From: Felis catus
Lineage: Eukaryota
Assembly (NCBI RefSeq): GCF_018350175.1
Contig: NC_058368.1
Location: forward strand, 219,606,001 to 219,670,000
DNA length: 64,000 nucleotides
Direction of reading: 5' to 3'
Shown: in pieces, positions 1-13,807 of the stretch
Position numbering within the stretch: the stretch's first letter is position 1
How the letters are laid out: each line of letters begins with the position of its first letter
The notes under the pieces: model-generated
Told to the model about the DNA's origin: nothing
What the model saw: only the letters and a program-made list of their open reading frames with translations
Database searches by the model: none
Made by a program: the position numbers and the translations under genes

Positions 1-3000
1 TAGTATTTTGCTTCTCTTCCCTTATTTCATCTGGTTTGTATCTTAAATTCCACATATGAGTAAAGTCATATGATATTTGTCTTTCTCTGACTTATTTTGT
101 TAAGCATAATACACTCTAGTTTCATTCACATCTTTACAAATGGTAACATTCCATTCTTTTTGATGGGTGAGTAATATTCCATTGTTTACATATACCATCT
201 CTTTATTCATTCATCAGTCGATTGACATTTGGGAGTTTTTCATACTTTGGCTATTGTCGATATTGCTGCTATAAACATTGGGCTGCATGTGCCCCTTCGA
301 AACAGCACACCTGTATCCCTTGGATAGATGCCTAGTAGTGCAATTGCTGAGTCGCAGGGTAGTTCTATTTTTGGTTTTTTGAGGAACCTCCATACTGTTT
401 TCCAGAGTGGCTGCACCAGCTTGCATTCCCACCAGCAGTGCAAAAGAGATCCTCTTTCTCCGCATCCTTGCCAACATTGGTTGTTGCCTGAGTTGTTAAT
501 GTTAGCCATTCTGACAGGTGTGAGGTGGTATCTCATTGTGGTTGTGGTTTGTATTTCACTGATGATCAGTGATGTTGAGCATTTTTTTCATGTGTCTGTT
601 AGCCATCTGGATTTTTTTTTCTTTGGAAAAGTGTCTATTCATGTCTTTTACCCATTTCTTCACTGGATTATTTGTTTTTGGGTTTTTGAGTTTTATAAGT
701 TCTTTAAAGATTTTGGACACTAACCCTCTATTTGGTATGTCATTTGCAAATATCTTCTCCCATCCTGTCAGTTGCCTTTTAGTTTTGCTGATTGTTCCAT
801 TTGGTATGCAGAAGTTTTTTTTATCTTGATGAGGTCCAATAGTTCATTTTTGCTTTTGTTTCCTTTGCCTCTGAAGATATCCAATAAGAAGTTCCTGCAG
901 TCAAGGTCAAAAAGGTTGTTGCCTGTTTTCTCCTTTAGGATGTTAATGGCTTCCTGTCTTATGTTTAGGTCTTTCATCCATTTTGAGTTTATTTCTGTGT
1001 ATGGTTAAAGAAATTGGTCCAGGTTCATTTTTCTACATGTTTCCATTCAGTTTTCCCAACACCATTTGCTGAAGAGACAGTCTTTTTTCCATTGGATATT
1101 CTTTCATTAATTGGCCATATATTTGTGGGTCCATTTCTGGGTTCTCTATTATGTTCCATTGATTGATGTATCTGTTTTTGTGCCAGTACCCTATTGTCTG
1201 GATGAATATTGCTTTGTAATATAGCTTGAATTCCAGAATTGTGATGCCTCCAGCTTTGTTTTTAGTTTTTTGTTGTTTTTTTTTTTGTTTTTGTTTTTGT
1301 TTTTTGTTTGTGTGTGTGTTTGATTTTTTTTGCATTATTTTGGCTATTCAGGGTCTTTTCTGGTGCCATACAAATTTTAAGATTGTTCTAGCTCTTTGAA
1401 GAATGTTGGTGTTATTTTGATAGGAATTTCATTGAATATGTAGTTTGCTTTTGGCAGTATTGGCATTTTAACAATATTTGTTCTTCCAATCCATGAGCAT
1501 GGAATGTTTTTCCATTTTTTTGTGTGTCTTCTTCAATCTCTTTCATAAACTTTCTATAATTTTCAGTATAGTGTCAGTGTATAGATTTTTCACCTCTTGG
1601 TTAGTTTTATTCCTAGGTATTTTATGGTTTTGGGTGTAATTGTAAATGGGATCGATTCTTTGATTTCTCTTTCTGCTGCTATATTGTTGGTGAATAGAAA
1701 TTCAACTGATTTCTATATGTTGATTTTATAGCCTGTGACTTTGCTGAATTCATGGATCAGTTCTAGCAGTTTTTTTGGTAGAGTCTTTTGAGTTTTTCAC
1801 ATAGAGTATCATGTCATCTGCAAAGAGTGAAAATTTGACTTCTTTCTTGCCAGTTTGGATGCCTTTTATTTCTTTGTGTTGTCTGATTGCTGAGGTGAGG
1901 ACTTCCAACAGTATATTGAATAACAGAGGTGAGAGTGGATATCCTTGTTGTGTTCCTGGACTTATGGGGAGAGCTCTCAGTTTTTCCCCATTGAGGATGA
2001 TATTAGCAGTGGGTTTTTTGTATATGGCTTTTGTGATATTGAGTTGTGATCTTTCTATCCCTACTTTCTTGATGATTTTTATCAAAAAGAGATGTTGTAT
2101 TTTTTCAAATGCTTTCTCTGCATCTGTTGATAAGATCATGTGGTTCTTATACTTTCTTTTATTAATGTGATGTATGACATTGGTTGATTTGCAGATATTG
2201 AACCAGCCCTGCATCCCAGGAATAAATCCCACTTGATCGTGGTAAATAATCCTTTTAATGTATTGTTGGATCCAGTTTGCTAGTATCTTGTTGTTTTGCA
2301 TCCATGTTAATAAAAGAAATTGGCCTGTAGTTCTTTTCAGTGGGGTCTTTGTCTGGTTTTGTTATCAAGGTAATACTGGCCTCATAGAATTTTTTGGAAG
2401 TTTCTTTCCCTTTCTATTTTTTGGAACAGCTTCAAAAAATAGGTGTTAAGTCTTTTTTAAATGTTTGGTAGAATTCCCCTGGAGAGCTATCGAGCCTGGG
2501 ACTCTTGATTCTGGGAGATTTTTGATTATTGATTCAATTTCTTTACTGGTTATAGGTCTGTTCAAATTTTCTATTTCTTCCTATTTCAGTTTTGGTAGTT
2601 TGTATGTTTTTAGGAATTTGTCCATTTCTTCTAGATTGCCCAATTAGTTCTCATATAATTGCTCATAATATTCTTTTATTATTGTTTGTATTTCTGCAGT
2701 GTTGGTTGTGATCTCTCCTCTTTCATTAATGATTTTATTGATTTGGGTCCTTTCACTTTTTGATCAAACTGGCTAGGGGTTTATTAATTTTGTTAATTCT
2801 TTCAAAGAACGAGCTCCTGATTTCATTGATCTGTTCTACTGTTTTGTTTCTGTTTTTTTGTTTTTGTTTTTAATTTCAATATCATTGATGTCTGCTCTAA
2901 TCTTTATTTTTTTTCCCTTTTTATGCTGGTTTTGGGTTTTATTTGCTGTTCTTTTTCCAGTTATTTTAGGTATAAGAGTAGACTATGTATCTGAGACCTT

Positions 3001-6000
3001 TCTTATTTCTTTAGCAAGGCCTGGATTGCTATATACTTCCCTCTTATGACCACCTTTCCTGCATCCCAGAGGTTTAGGGCTGTTGTGTTTTCATTTTCGT
3101 TGGTTTCTGTGTACTTTTTAATTTCCTCTTTAACTTCTTAGTTAACCCATTTATTCTTTAGTAGAATGTTCTTTAGTCTCCAAGTATTTGTTGTCTTTCT
3201 AGATTTTTTCTTGTGTTGATTTCGACTTTTATAGCGTTGTGGTCTGAAAATATGCACCATATGATCTCGATATTTTCATACTTGTTGAGGGCTGATTTGT
3301 GTACCAGTGTGTGATCTATTCTGGAGAATGTTCCATGTGCACTCAAGAAGAATATGTATTCTGCTGCTTTGGTATGAAATGTTCTGAATATATCTGTTAA
3401 GGCCATCTGGTCCACGATGTCATTCAAAGTCATTGTTTCCTTGTTGATTTTCTGTTTACATGATTTGTCCATTGCTGCAAGTGGGGTGTTGAAGTCCCCT
3501 ACTATTATGGTATTATTATCAATGAATTTCTGTATGTTTGTGATTAATTGATTTATATATTTTCCATGTTGGGGGCATAAATGTTTACAATTGTAAGATC
3601 TTGGTAGATAGACCACTTAATTATGATATAATGCCCTTCTTTATCTCTTGTTACAGTATTTTAAAAGCTAATTTGTTTTACATAAATAAGTATGTCTACT
3701 CAAGCTGTCTTTTGGTGACCATTGGCATGAGAGACGATTCTCCTTCCCCTTACCTACAATCTTCAGGTGTCTTTAGGTCTATAATACGTCTCTTGTAAGC
3801 AGCATATAGGTTGGTCTTGCTTTCTCATCCATTCTGATACCCTATGTCTTTTGATTGAAGCTTTTAGCCCATTGACATTTAGAGTGGCTACTGAAAGATA
3901 TGAACTTAGTGCCATTATGTTGCCTGTAATTGGAGTTTCTGGTGATGTTCTCTGGTCCTTTCTAGTCTTTGTTGCTTTTGATCTTTTTTGTTTTGTTTCA
4001 TCTCTTCTCTCAGAGAGTCACCCTTAAAATTTCTTGCAGGGCTGGTTTAGTAGTCATGAACTCTTAGTTTTTGTTTGTCTGGGAAACTCTTTACCTCTTC
4101 TTCTATTTTGAATGACAGCCTTGGTGGATAAAGAATTCTTGGCTGCATATTTTTCAGATTTGCACGTTGGATATATCCTGCCCCCCCTTTCTGGCTTGCT
4201 AAGTTTTTGTGGATAGATCTGCTGCAACCCTGATGTGTCTTCCCTTATACATTAAGGGATTTTGTTCCCTTGCTGCTTTAATAATTCTTTCTTTGTTTGC
4301 ACATTTTGTGAATTTGACTATGATATGCCTTGCTGATGGTCAGTTTTTGTTTAATCTAATGGGAATTCTTGGTGCTTCTTGGATTTTGATATCTGTGTCT
4401 TTCCCAAGATTAGGAAATTTTTCTGCTATAATTTTCTCACATAAGCCTTCTGTCCTTTTTTCTCTCTCTTCATCTTCTAGGACTCCTAGGATTTGTATAT
4501 TATTCCTTTTTAACGCATCACAGAGTTCTCTAAGTCTTGTATTGTGCTCTTTTGACTTTGTTTCCCTCTTTTTGTTTCTGCTTCATTATTCTCCATAATT
4601 TTATCTTCTATGCCTCTGATTCACTGCTCTGCTTCGTCCATTCTTATCATCATGGCTCAACTCAAGATTGCATATTGGATATAGTATTTTAATTTTGTCC
4701 TGACTAGTTACTTCTTTTATCTCTTCAGAAAGGGAAACTATGTTTTTTTTTCAACCCTAGCTAGTATTCTTACTACCATGGTTCTAAATTCTAGTTCACA
4801 CATTTTGCTTATATCTGTGTTGCTTAAGCCTCTGGCTGTCATTCCTTTCTGTTCTTTCTCTTGGGGTGAATTCCTTTGTTTTGTCATTATGGAGGAAGAA
4901 AAAGAATAAAATAAAAATTTTAAATTAAAATAATTATAAACAAAACATAAAAATTAAATAAAGGTAACTAGATCATAGATGTGTTTTGGTCTGCTTGTTG
5001 AAAGAAGCTTGGTATAATAGAGACAAAAGGTAGAGAAAAGATAGGAAAAAAATTAAGAAAAGTTTTAAAGATTAAACAATATTTGTATAATAAAATATAA
5101 CAAAATGAAATAAATAATAAAATAGAATTTTAAAACTACAAAAAATAGTAAAAATAATGAAAATAATAAAAAATATTCTTGCAAAAGAGAAAATAAAAAT
5201 AATTTTGTCTCTTTCTGTAATGAAGAAAAACAAAAGAAAAAAAAACTATTTCGAGAAAGACAGAAGCAAAAAAAAAAACAATAAAGAAAAACAAAACAAC
5301 AACGAATAAATAAATGAACCAGCAAACAAAATGAAACCCAAATGAAGTTAACATTCAGTGTCCCCTAGAACTTGAGCTATGAAGCACTCTATATAGTCCA
5401 TACACTAAGCAAGCAGAGAGACTTGTGCTGGTTGTCTAGGGGATGTGCTTGGAGGATGAATTTGGTTGGGGCTTGGTGTAATGGCTCCATTCTCCACTAT
5501 GTGGGGCTACTTAGTTTACTGGGTTGGATGCGCATGCATATGCGTGTGCAGGAGAGGTAGAAATGGCCTCACCCAGCTTCCTAGTCTCTGGCATAGGAAC
5601 TTCATGCTTTCATGAAGCCCCTCCTTTGTCTCAGGGCTCCTTCCACTCCTTGCCTCTACCCTGTCCATGTCCAAGCATCAGCCTGCCAGGCAGCACCTCC
5701 CTTAGAGTTTTATCTCAGGTGGGGCTGTGTTTCAAAACCCCTCTCTGCAGAGACCTCTGTGACTTGGGCCCATGCCAACTCTCTGGGAAAGGGTCTTGCT
5801 GAGCAACAACCGGGTGCCTGCTTGCCCCAGAAAATGATTGTGTAATTACACAGTGATGCTTCTCCCCCGTGGCACATGACCCTCAGACCCCGATGCCTGC
5901 TCCTGGGGATTGTCACTACTTCCTCCCCAGAGCACCAACAGGCACTAAGCACCAGAATTTCAGACTCTGTGCTCCACTGTTTATATAATCCTAATGGTAT

Positions 6001-6400
6001 TGAAATCCTTTCCTTTCTCCCTGTCACTGGTTTTGGGGAACAGAATTCTTGTTCAGTCCCCTGTGAGTGTTTTCACTCTTTCTTTCTCTTTCTCTCCAGC
6101 AACTTTTGGGGGAGTGCTTTTCTTGCATGATCCCGAATTACTGCACTCTCTCCCTTTCTCTATCCTCTCTCTGCAAAAACAGCTCCCTACCCTCTGTGGC
6201 TTCTCTCTCTCCCACTTCACCTCTCTACATTCCTGAATTCTGAATTCTGCTGAATTCTGTGGCTCAAGTTATGCAGATTGTGGTGTTAATCCTCATATCG
6301 ATTTCCTAGGTGTGCAAAATGGTTTGGTGCTGATCTATGTGCGTTTCAGGGACATGACAAGCTGAGGGTTTCCATGCTCCTCCACTATCTTTCTTAGACC
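1..6400 (-). mobile_element. Old, near-full-length carnivore LINE-1 (decayed), intronic and antisense to CDH10; 3' end runs off the window
   Basis: Minus-strand ORF2 fragments in L1 order: C-terminal CCHC ([18 protein letters not shown], 240-536), RT (LFADDMILY, 1750-2301) and endonuclease (VGDFNTPL, FSDHN, 3173-3616). ORF1 start MTKQRNSP at ~4887. An A/T low-complexity block at ~4890-5340 is followed by a GC-richer 5' UTR ending near a degenerate YY1-like CCACTATCTT at ~6382. Many stops and frameshifts. Confidence 0.93.
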
Positions 6401-7454
6401 CCTGCTTTCCTTTGTTTTTAGCTAGTTACTTCCTTTGTTCTTTTATACTGATCTTCGGTTTGACTTTGCTGAAGTACACATAGAAGTTCAACTATATCCA
6501 AAGACTAAGATTTTGACATCACAAAGGTTGATAAATAGAACCTGAATTTAAGATGTCAAATCACTCTTAGATATCAGTACACATTCCTAGAAAATCCCAT
6601 TGTTGAGATAATGGAATTATGATTAATACAATATTGTTACTCCATGCTACGTTGTTACCTCATGTCTGTAAATAGACATTAATATTTTAAAATTCCACTT
6701 AAAAATCAAGACAATTTTAATGCATATTTTTATGTGAAAACTTTGATGCTGTTGATTTTTAAATTTGTAGGAAAAAACCAAAACATTATTATTCTACTAT
6801 ATATTACTACCAAACTGACTTTATTTTACAAAATTCAGCCTGGATTGTTGAAGTTGTACCAGTAACAATTAATGAAAAATTTAAATGCTTATATTTTACT
6901 GTAAATTTCCATCCAACTTGTAAAATTAGTAGCTGTATATTAAAATTTCCAAAAGAGGAATTGAGAGTAGCTATTGGAATACATTTTAGTGATTAAAGTA
7001 GTCAGGAGGGTAAGTTGTAATATAAAAACCACTCATTACGAGCTTATGACTATGGGCTAGTTAATAATTTATTTAAAATTATTTCTTCAACCAAAAACTT
7101 GCTGAAGCTTAATATAATACTGTATGATAAAGATTTAATAACTATTTGTTCTTATTTTACATATTTTGGACAGTCAGGACACAAATACAATTTGAACTCA
7201 TTTACACTGGATTTTGCTTTTGAAAAGATTTTCCAAAATAATAGTAGTACTCTTGAGGCCAATAATAACTGAATTTATGACTACTTAATTAGGCTCTGTA
7301 GTAATTTTCTTTATTGCATTTGCTCATTATGTTAGTAACATGAACACGATGCTTATTTTTATGTGAGCACTTAATATCCACAAGATGCCTGTATAAATTA
7401 AATCTGGTGCACAAATGTGTCTTCCTAAACAAATTTTTCCTTTCCCTTTTCTAG

Positions 7455-7576
7455 ACAATCCCAAAGAGATGACTCGTGTGGCTGTTTTTGTCAGAATTTT
7501 GGATGTTAATGACAATGCTCCACAATTTGCAGTGTTCTATGACACTTTTGTATGTGAAAACGCCAGACCAGGGCAG
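7455..7576 (+). CDS. CDH10: Cadherin-10 coding exon (probably exon 9; end of EC4/start of EC5)
   Basis: Polypyrimidine tract plus TAG acceptor and CAG|GTGAG donor, 122 nt. Encodes (N)[40 protein letters not shown], with the cadherin DxNDN calcium motif; matches recalled CDH10. Confidence 0.95.
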
Positions 7577-7721
7577 GTGAGCAACCATAGGACTTAAAAG
7601 CTTTGGAATATTTTAGTGGCTTCTTAAATATTTTATTTTCCTAATCTTAAGAAGAATGAGTAAAGAGAGATAAAAACAATCATATAAGTACCAGTAATAT
7701 AATTTTTTAAAGGTTGATGTT

Positions 7722-7933
7722 GGGGTGCCCGGTGCCTGGATGGCTCAGTCAGTTAAATGTCTGACTCTTGATTTCTGCTCAGGTCATGATCTCATGGTCA
7801 TGAGATCAAGCCCCTCATTGGGCTCTGTTCTGGACATGGATGCTGCTCAAGATTCTCTCTCCCTCTCCTTGTGCCTCTCCCCTGGTTATGCTTCACCTCT
7901 CTCTCTCTCTCTCTCTCTCTCAAAAAAAAAAAA
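7722..7933 (+). mobile_element. Can-SINE (older subfamily)
   Basis: tRNA-like head GGGGTGCC..TGGCTCAGTCAGTTAA, (CT)n and A tail; degenerate TSD AAAGGTTGATGTT/AAAGCTGATGTT. Confidence 0.92.
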
Positions 7934-9260
7934 GCTGATGTTTTTAGAATTAAAAAATGTTCTGAATGACAATATAGTGAGTTTCATATTTCTTTTGTGC
8001 AGTTAAAAAGAAAATATAAGACATTATTTTTGCCACAACAGTTAAGGTGTAAGAAGAAATAAGTTTCACTTGTTAAATTTCAAGCACAAAAACAGGGAGA
8101 AAAAAAAAAAACCTCTGCTCTTTCTTTAGATGAATACTGTAACTGCTAGAGAAATGGGAGATGGAAGTTAGAAAAAACACAGAGACAGATACATGGGATC
8201 AGCTAGACAGTGCATCAATATTCCAATGTATGCAAATGATTTGAAAGCAGACTGTAGGATTCACTTCTTAGATTTATACTTGTATTTCATCATTATAGCA
8301 ACACTTAGAGTGCTTAATGACTTAGTTTTTGTCCTTTAAAACATTCTTTATACATCAGCTTTGTTTATAACTCTTTAAGTCTTTTCCTCAGTGGACTCAT
8401 TTTGTTGTTTGCAAAACTCCAGTGTATATGGCTGAAAGAAATGCTCTTAATTGGTTTGAGTGCTATCTTCACAGAAGGAAGCTGCATGTTATAAATAATA
8501 ATTGGGAATCAAATGTGTTTTATTAAAGGAAGAGGACCCATCCCAAAACTGTATTATGTTTTGACATCATTTGATGCTCTTTATAAACATCAATGTCATT
8601 GTTACATTTTTATGCAAATTACCTTGTGGAATAACACAAATTCTTCCTTCTGAAGATTCTAACAGGAATTCAATAGCCTGTCTATTGTTGGAAATGGCAA
8701 AATTGCTGCAATTGGATTCATTTTTTATTTGAAAATGTTATGGAAATGTTTAATTTGGAATATTTAAATGACAAAGCTACTTCCGACCTACTTCTTAATG
8801 AAACAGTGTTTGCCCTGAAAATACCATTCCAAATAGTCCTCTGCTTGGCAGGCTCAGCATGATATAAGTTGAAGCCTTTTCTCTAAAGAGATAAATTACC
8901 CACTTTGCAACTGCCTCATGCATTGCTTTCTCTATGGTTATTCTATTTGATTTTCAAGAGATATCTTTTCAGAGCATTTGAATCATTTTAAATACTGATT
9001 TCCAAATGTATTCAAAATATACAAAATAAGGGATTATGTTTTTTTTTCTTTATGCCTCTTTTTAAAAAAAATATATCTGGTTTAGTAACTTTATATTTTT
9101 TGGACTTTAAAAACCACTTGGCATATTGAAGGAAAATAATAAAATAGAAGAAAATTTTAATTTAAAGAGTAACCTATTTTGACCAACTTGATAGGAATAA
9201 CATGATTAATAATTTTTGTCTAATTATCTGAATGTGCAATAGCTTCCCATAGTAGTTATT

Positions 9261-9478
9261 ATTTTTAATGTTTATTAATTTGTTTTGAGAGAGAGAGAAT
9301 GAGAGAGAGTATGAGCAGGGAAGGGGCAGAGAGCGAGAGAGAGAAGAGAATCCCAAGCACACTCCACACTGTCAGCACGGAGTCAGATGTGGGACTTGAA
9401 CCCGTGAACCATGAGATCACAACCTGAGCAGAAATCAAGAGTCAGAGGCTTAACCAACTGAGCCACCCAAGTGTCCCC
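9261..9478 (-). mobile_element. Can-SINE
   Basis: Reverse SINE body with (GA)n; TSD ATAGTAGTTATT on both sides. Confidence 0.92.
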
Positions 9479-10689
9479 ATAGTAGTTATTTTTAATAAGA
9501 TCAGTTTGTTAAACATCATTTTGGTCTCACAGGCTGAAAAATGTTCCTTAAACCAAATACTTACGTACTCAATGATGGAATTCTAGGTTACAGCATCCTA
9601 GGAGGTAAAACTAAGGTTTGGAAAAGTCCTTCACTGAAACTTCCTTGAAATTTATTTGTTAACTCTGCCTTCCTTCCTTCTGGGAAGTAGGAGCTTCTCA
9701 GGACTTCTGGGTGTGCTTTAGTTATTTATAGAGTATTTCAACCAAACTAATTCTCTGAATTAAGTGCCGATTAAAAGTAGCACTTTGAACAGCAGTATAG
9801 GAAATGATTCCATTTATTTGGTGCGTGGACAAAACGAGAAGACAGAGATAAACTTAACTACCATCTCCTCCTCCTTTTCTGCTTATTCCCTGATCTAAGG
9901 GTAGGAGACTTTCCCCCTTGGAAAAGATGGAGCTTACAATTGATGTAGCATTAACAGTTCCTTCTTGTGCCTGAACTAGGCTACTTGAGTCCTCATCTTT
10001 TCCATCACAGAAAGAGTCTCTTGGGAAAGGAGAGGAAAGAAGACCGGCTGTTTCATTTCTCATTGATTTTCAGTCAATAAAATATATTTTAATAATTTTA
10101 ATCGTTATGGGAAGGAAATACAATTTCTGTCTCACAGATTTCCCAGAGTCTCCCGAGGGAGGAGTGCTACTTGTATTCACCCACAGATAGTATCTGAGCT
10201 CCAGGCCTTTATCAAAACCCAAATACCCCACTACGTATCTCCATGGCACAGTGTTTAGTTACTTACCAGCTACTGAAATGGGTGCTTTTTACCAGAACAA
10301 ACGTAATTTTTGCATCAATGGAAACTACTACTCTAACCACTGGCAATGCTAATGATCACTGAAACACCTTCTTGCTGAATTGAGATTATTTTAGAATAGC
10401 CTAGTAAAAATACAAACCAATTATGTTACAGCTCAAGAGATACAATGTAAATGACTTATCAGTGTCTGTTCTTCATATGCTCAAAATGAATACTAGACAT
10501 CACCAGTGTTTTTGTTTTTGTTTTCCATAATGTGGCAACCTATTGTATTGGAAGTGATCTAAAATGAATTTGTCAAATTCAAAAATGAATTTTTCTCTAG
10601 CAGGAATAAAATAGTGAGTACTTATACAGAGAGATAGGGGATATCTCCTTGTTGCCAACTTATGATTTCTATTGCAAATCAACTCAAAT

Positions 10690-10955
10690 GTATAATATAT
10701 ATATACATAATATATATTATATAATATATATTTATATTTATATTGTACAATATAATACATTATATAATATATTATATGTATATATTATATGCATATAATG
10801 TATATATATTATATGTATATGATATGTATAATATATATTATAATATATATTATAATATATATTATAATATATAATATGTTTATATATATTATAATATATA
10901 TATATTATAATATATAATATGTATGTGTATGTGTATATATATATATATATATATG
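10690..10955. repeat. Degenerate (TA)n/(TATAA)n microsatellite
   Basis: About 260 nt of almost pure A/T alternation. Confidence 0.95.
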
Positions 10956-11158
10956 CCCATATGTATATGGTACATATGCCAAAACAAATAAGCACACATA
11001 TACCAAAACAAAATACAGTTGATTCTTGAACAGCATAGGGGTGGTTACTTTCTTTATAACATTTAAAGAAAATATATCAGTGAATCACTAATTTTAAAAT
11101 CAATGATGCTATCATGTTTTATTCAAACAACATATTTTAATTAAGAATTTTTGCATAA

Positions 11159-11380
11159 GGGGTGCATGAGTGGCTTAGTCAGTTAAGTGTCCAACTCTTG
11201 GTATCAGCCAATGTCTTGATCTCACGGTTCATGAGATTGAGCCCCATGTTGGGCTCTGCACAGACAGTGAGGAGCCTGCTTGGTGTTCTCTCTCTCCCTC
11301 TCTCTCTTCTGTGCCCCTCCCCCATTCTCTCTCTCTCTCTCTCTCAAAATAAATAAATAACTGATAAAAAAATTAAAGAA
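11159..11380 (+). mobile_element. Can-SINE (first of a tandem pair)
   Basis: GGGGTGCATGAGTGGCTTAGTCAGTTAAG head, (CT)n and AATAAA tail. Confidence 0.9.
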
Positions 11381-11396
11381 AAGAAATTTTGTGTTA

Positions 11397-11605
11397 GGAG
11401 ACCTGGGTGGATCAGTCGTTTAAGTGTCTGACTCTTGATTCCTGCTCAGATCATGATCCCCTGGTTAGGCTCTGAGCTGAGCATGGAGCCCACTTGAGAC
11501 TCTCTCACTTCCTCTCTCTGTGCCCTTCCTCTGCTCACGGGTACATGTGAGAGCATGAATGTATATGCTCTCTCCCAAAATAAATGAGTAAACATTAAAA
11601 AAAAA
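11397..11605 (+). mobile_element. Can-SINE (second of a tandem pair)
   Basis: GGAGACCTGGGTGGATCAGTCG head, CT-rich part and A tail. Confidence 0.9.
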
Positions 11606-12978
11606 GGAATTTTTGTGTAAACCGTTATAATTCCTTACATGTAAAGATGTGACCATTTTGTTCTCTGTAGTGTATTATTTTGATTTGTAAAAATAAACTG
11701 AAATTATAATTTGTAATCATAACTGAAAATGTATATTTATTATTAAACATTATAGTTTTTATTTTAAAAGGCATACTTTTAAAGTTTTAGCTCTACTTTT
11801 AAGTTTCTATCATTTTGTCTGTATGTGTGCCAACATATTAATCTTAATATGTATAAACATAAAAATTATATTTAGTCTACTATCTTTCTTGATGTTATTT
11901 CATTTATGTCATTTTCCCCCTCAACTTATTCTTATAAATCACTATTTAAAAGTATAATCTTTTAGACTGCCTGACAAATAAGAGTCATTCAAGAAATGTT
12001 TTTATAACTGAATTGATACCTCTTAAAGGGTATTAATTAATTATTGTATAAACATCTTGCTCTTTAATTCCTTCACATATGTACCATTTTTAGTTGTGTA
12101 TTGGATGGCTAAGCCATTAGCAATAATCTTTGATTTCTATTCAATCTTAAATTACCACTAAAGTTTCATTAAATAGTTATGTTTCATTTTAAAATATATT
12201 TTAAAATTATTCGAGGTTTAAATGATTTTTTGGCTGCTTATTCTTAGATAATAAACATTTATCTGTGATCAAATTATATTTCTTTTATCATTTAGAAGGA
12301 AGTGGTTAAGGTTGTAAATAAATAGGGAGTACATAAAATTTATCACATTTTTATTTTTATAAGGTAATCTAAAAGAAGACTAATTCAATACAGAAGAATT
12401 AAAATAATTTATTTTTCATATTTACTTGATATAATGTTTTAAATTTGAAATCTCTTTTTAAATAAAAATCAGTAGCAAATATTTTGATCAAATATAGACA
12501 CAATGTTAAAATGAGTCAATTTATTAAAGTATATTCCTTTTAGTTAAGCATACATTTGACCATTTATATAAACATCAATATACAAGTTAACAACTTCTGA
12601 AGCTCTCTTGCAAATTAAGATGCACAAAAATATATATAAAATGTTATACATATAAATTAAGGACAAAATGGGTATATATGCAAATATTACATAGCTATAT
12701 GTTATGTATATATTTAATAATATTAAACATATATGGTCAAAGCACTGATCCGATTACAGTATAAGGTGTTAAACTTTCTTCTTTGTTACCATATAGCATC
12801 TTATATTGTCTCTTATCCTTAAATAAGTCAAAGATGATCTTTATAAAATAACCATTTCCCATAGTATGCATATATTGAATTAAAAATATGTAATTTTATA
12901 TACAGTGCAGATGAAGTGAGCCATTACTGCTAAAGTAGACCATAATGTTTAAGTCTTTCATTTAAAAAGTTTTGCATA

Positions 12979-13210
12979 GGGGCGCCTGGGTGGTGCAGTC
13001 GGTTAAGCGTCCGACTTCAGCCAGGTCACGATCTCGCGGTCCGTGAGTTTGAGCCCCGCGTGGGACTCTGGGCTGATGGCTCAGAGCCTGGAGCCTGTTT
13101 CCGATTCTGTGTCTCCCTCTCTCTCTGCCCCTCCCCCGTTCATGCTCTGTCTCTCCCAGTCCCAAAAATAAATAAATAAACGTTGAAAAATAAATAAAAA
13201 TAAATAAATA
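12979..13210 (+). mobile_element. Young feline SINEC_Fc-type SINE
   Basis: CpG-rich near-consensus GGGGCGCCTGGGTGG..CGTCCGACTTCAGCCAGGTCACGATCTCGCGG; TSD AAAAAGTTTTGCATA. Confidence 0.95.
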
Positions 13211-13698
13211 AAAAGTTTTGCATAATATTATCTACATAATCTCTACTTTCTTTGAATAATTTTCACTTTACTTTTTTTTGATAAGGAGAAAAGCCATAAT
13301 CACAGTAGTTTTCTGAATTTTTCCTACATTAGATAAACTCTTCCAGATTAATGTTTAAAGATGTGTGAAATAACCTACTCATTTCAAATGCTAAATTAAT
13401 AAGGATGCAAAGAATATAATATTACCAGTTTTTATTTTGAAGAAATGGATAATATATAGGAGAAATTGAGAAGGAGGGACAGAGAGAAGCACGGAGGGAA
13501 GTAGAGAGACGAGGACTCTATTAAAATTAAAGTAATAACAACAACAACAAAAAAGATGGAATAAGCCAAAGATACATGCACAAGGAAAAAAAACAACTGC
13601 CTTTAAATTTAGACAAAATTGGATGTTAAAAATTGCATATTGTTAAGCAGGTTATACCCATAGAATTTGATAAATATGCATTTTTCTCTTTTCTCCAG

Positions 13699-13807
13699 CT
13701 AATACAGACTATAAGCGCAGTAGACAAAGATGACCCTTTAGGTGGACAGAAATTTTTCTTCAGTTTAGCTGCTGTCAATCCCAACTTCACAGTACAGGAT
13801 AATGAAG
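13699..13807 (+). CDS. CDH10: Cadherin-10 coding exon (probably exon 10; EC5)
   Basis: TTCTCCAG acceptor and G|GTAAA donor, 109 nt. Encodes [36 protein letters not shown], in phase with both flanking exons. Confidence 0.96.

Noticed and set aside
11014..11042. Tigger-like terminal inverted repeat (TACAGTTGATTCTTGAACA)
   Set aside because: Only one short end is visible, with no partner TIR or internal sequence that I can support.
12979..13060. tRNA gene (A-box/B-box-like motifs)
   Set aside because: These are the tRNA-derived heads of Can-SINEs, followed by (CT)n, an A tail and TSDs.
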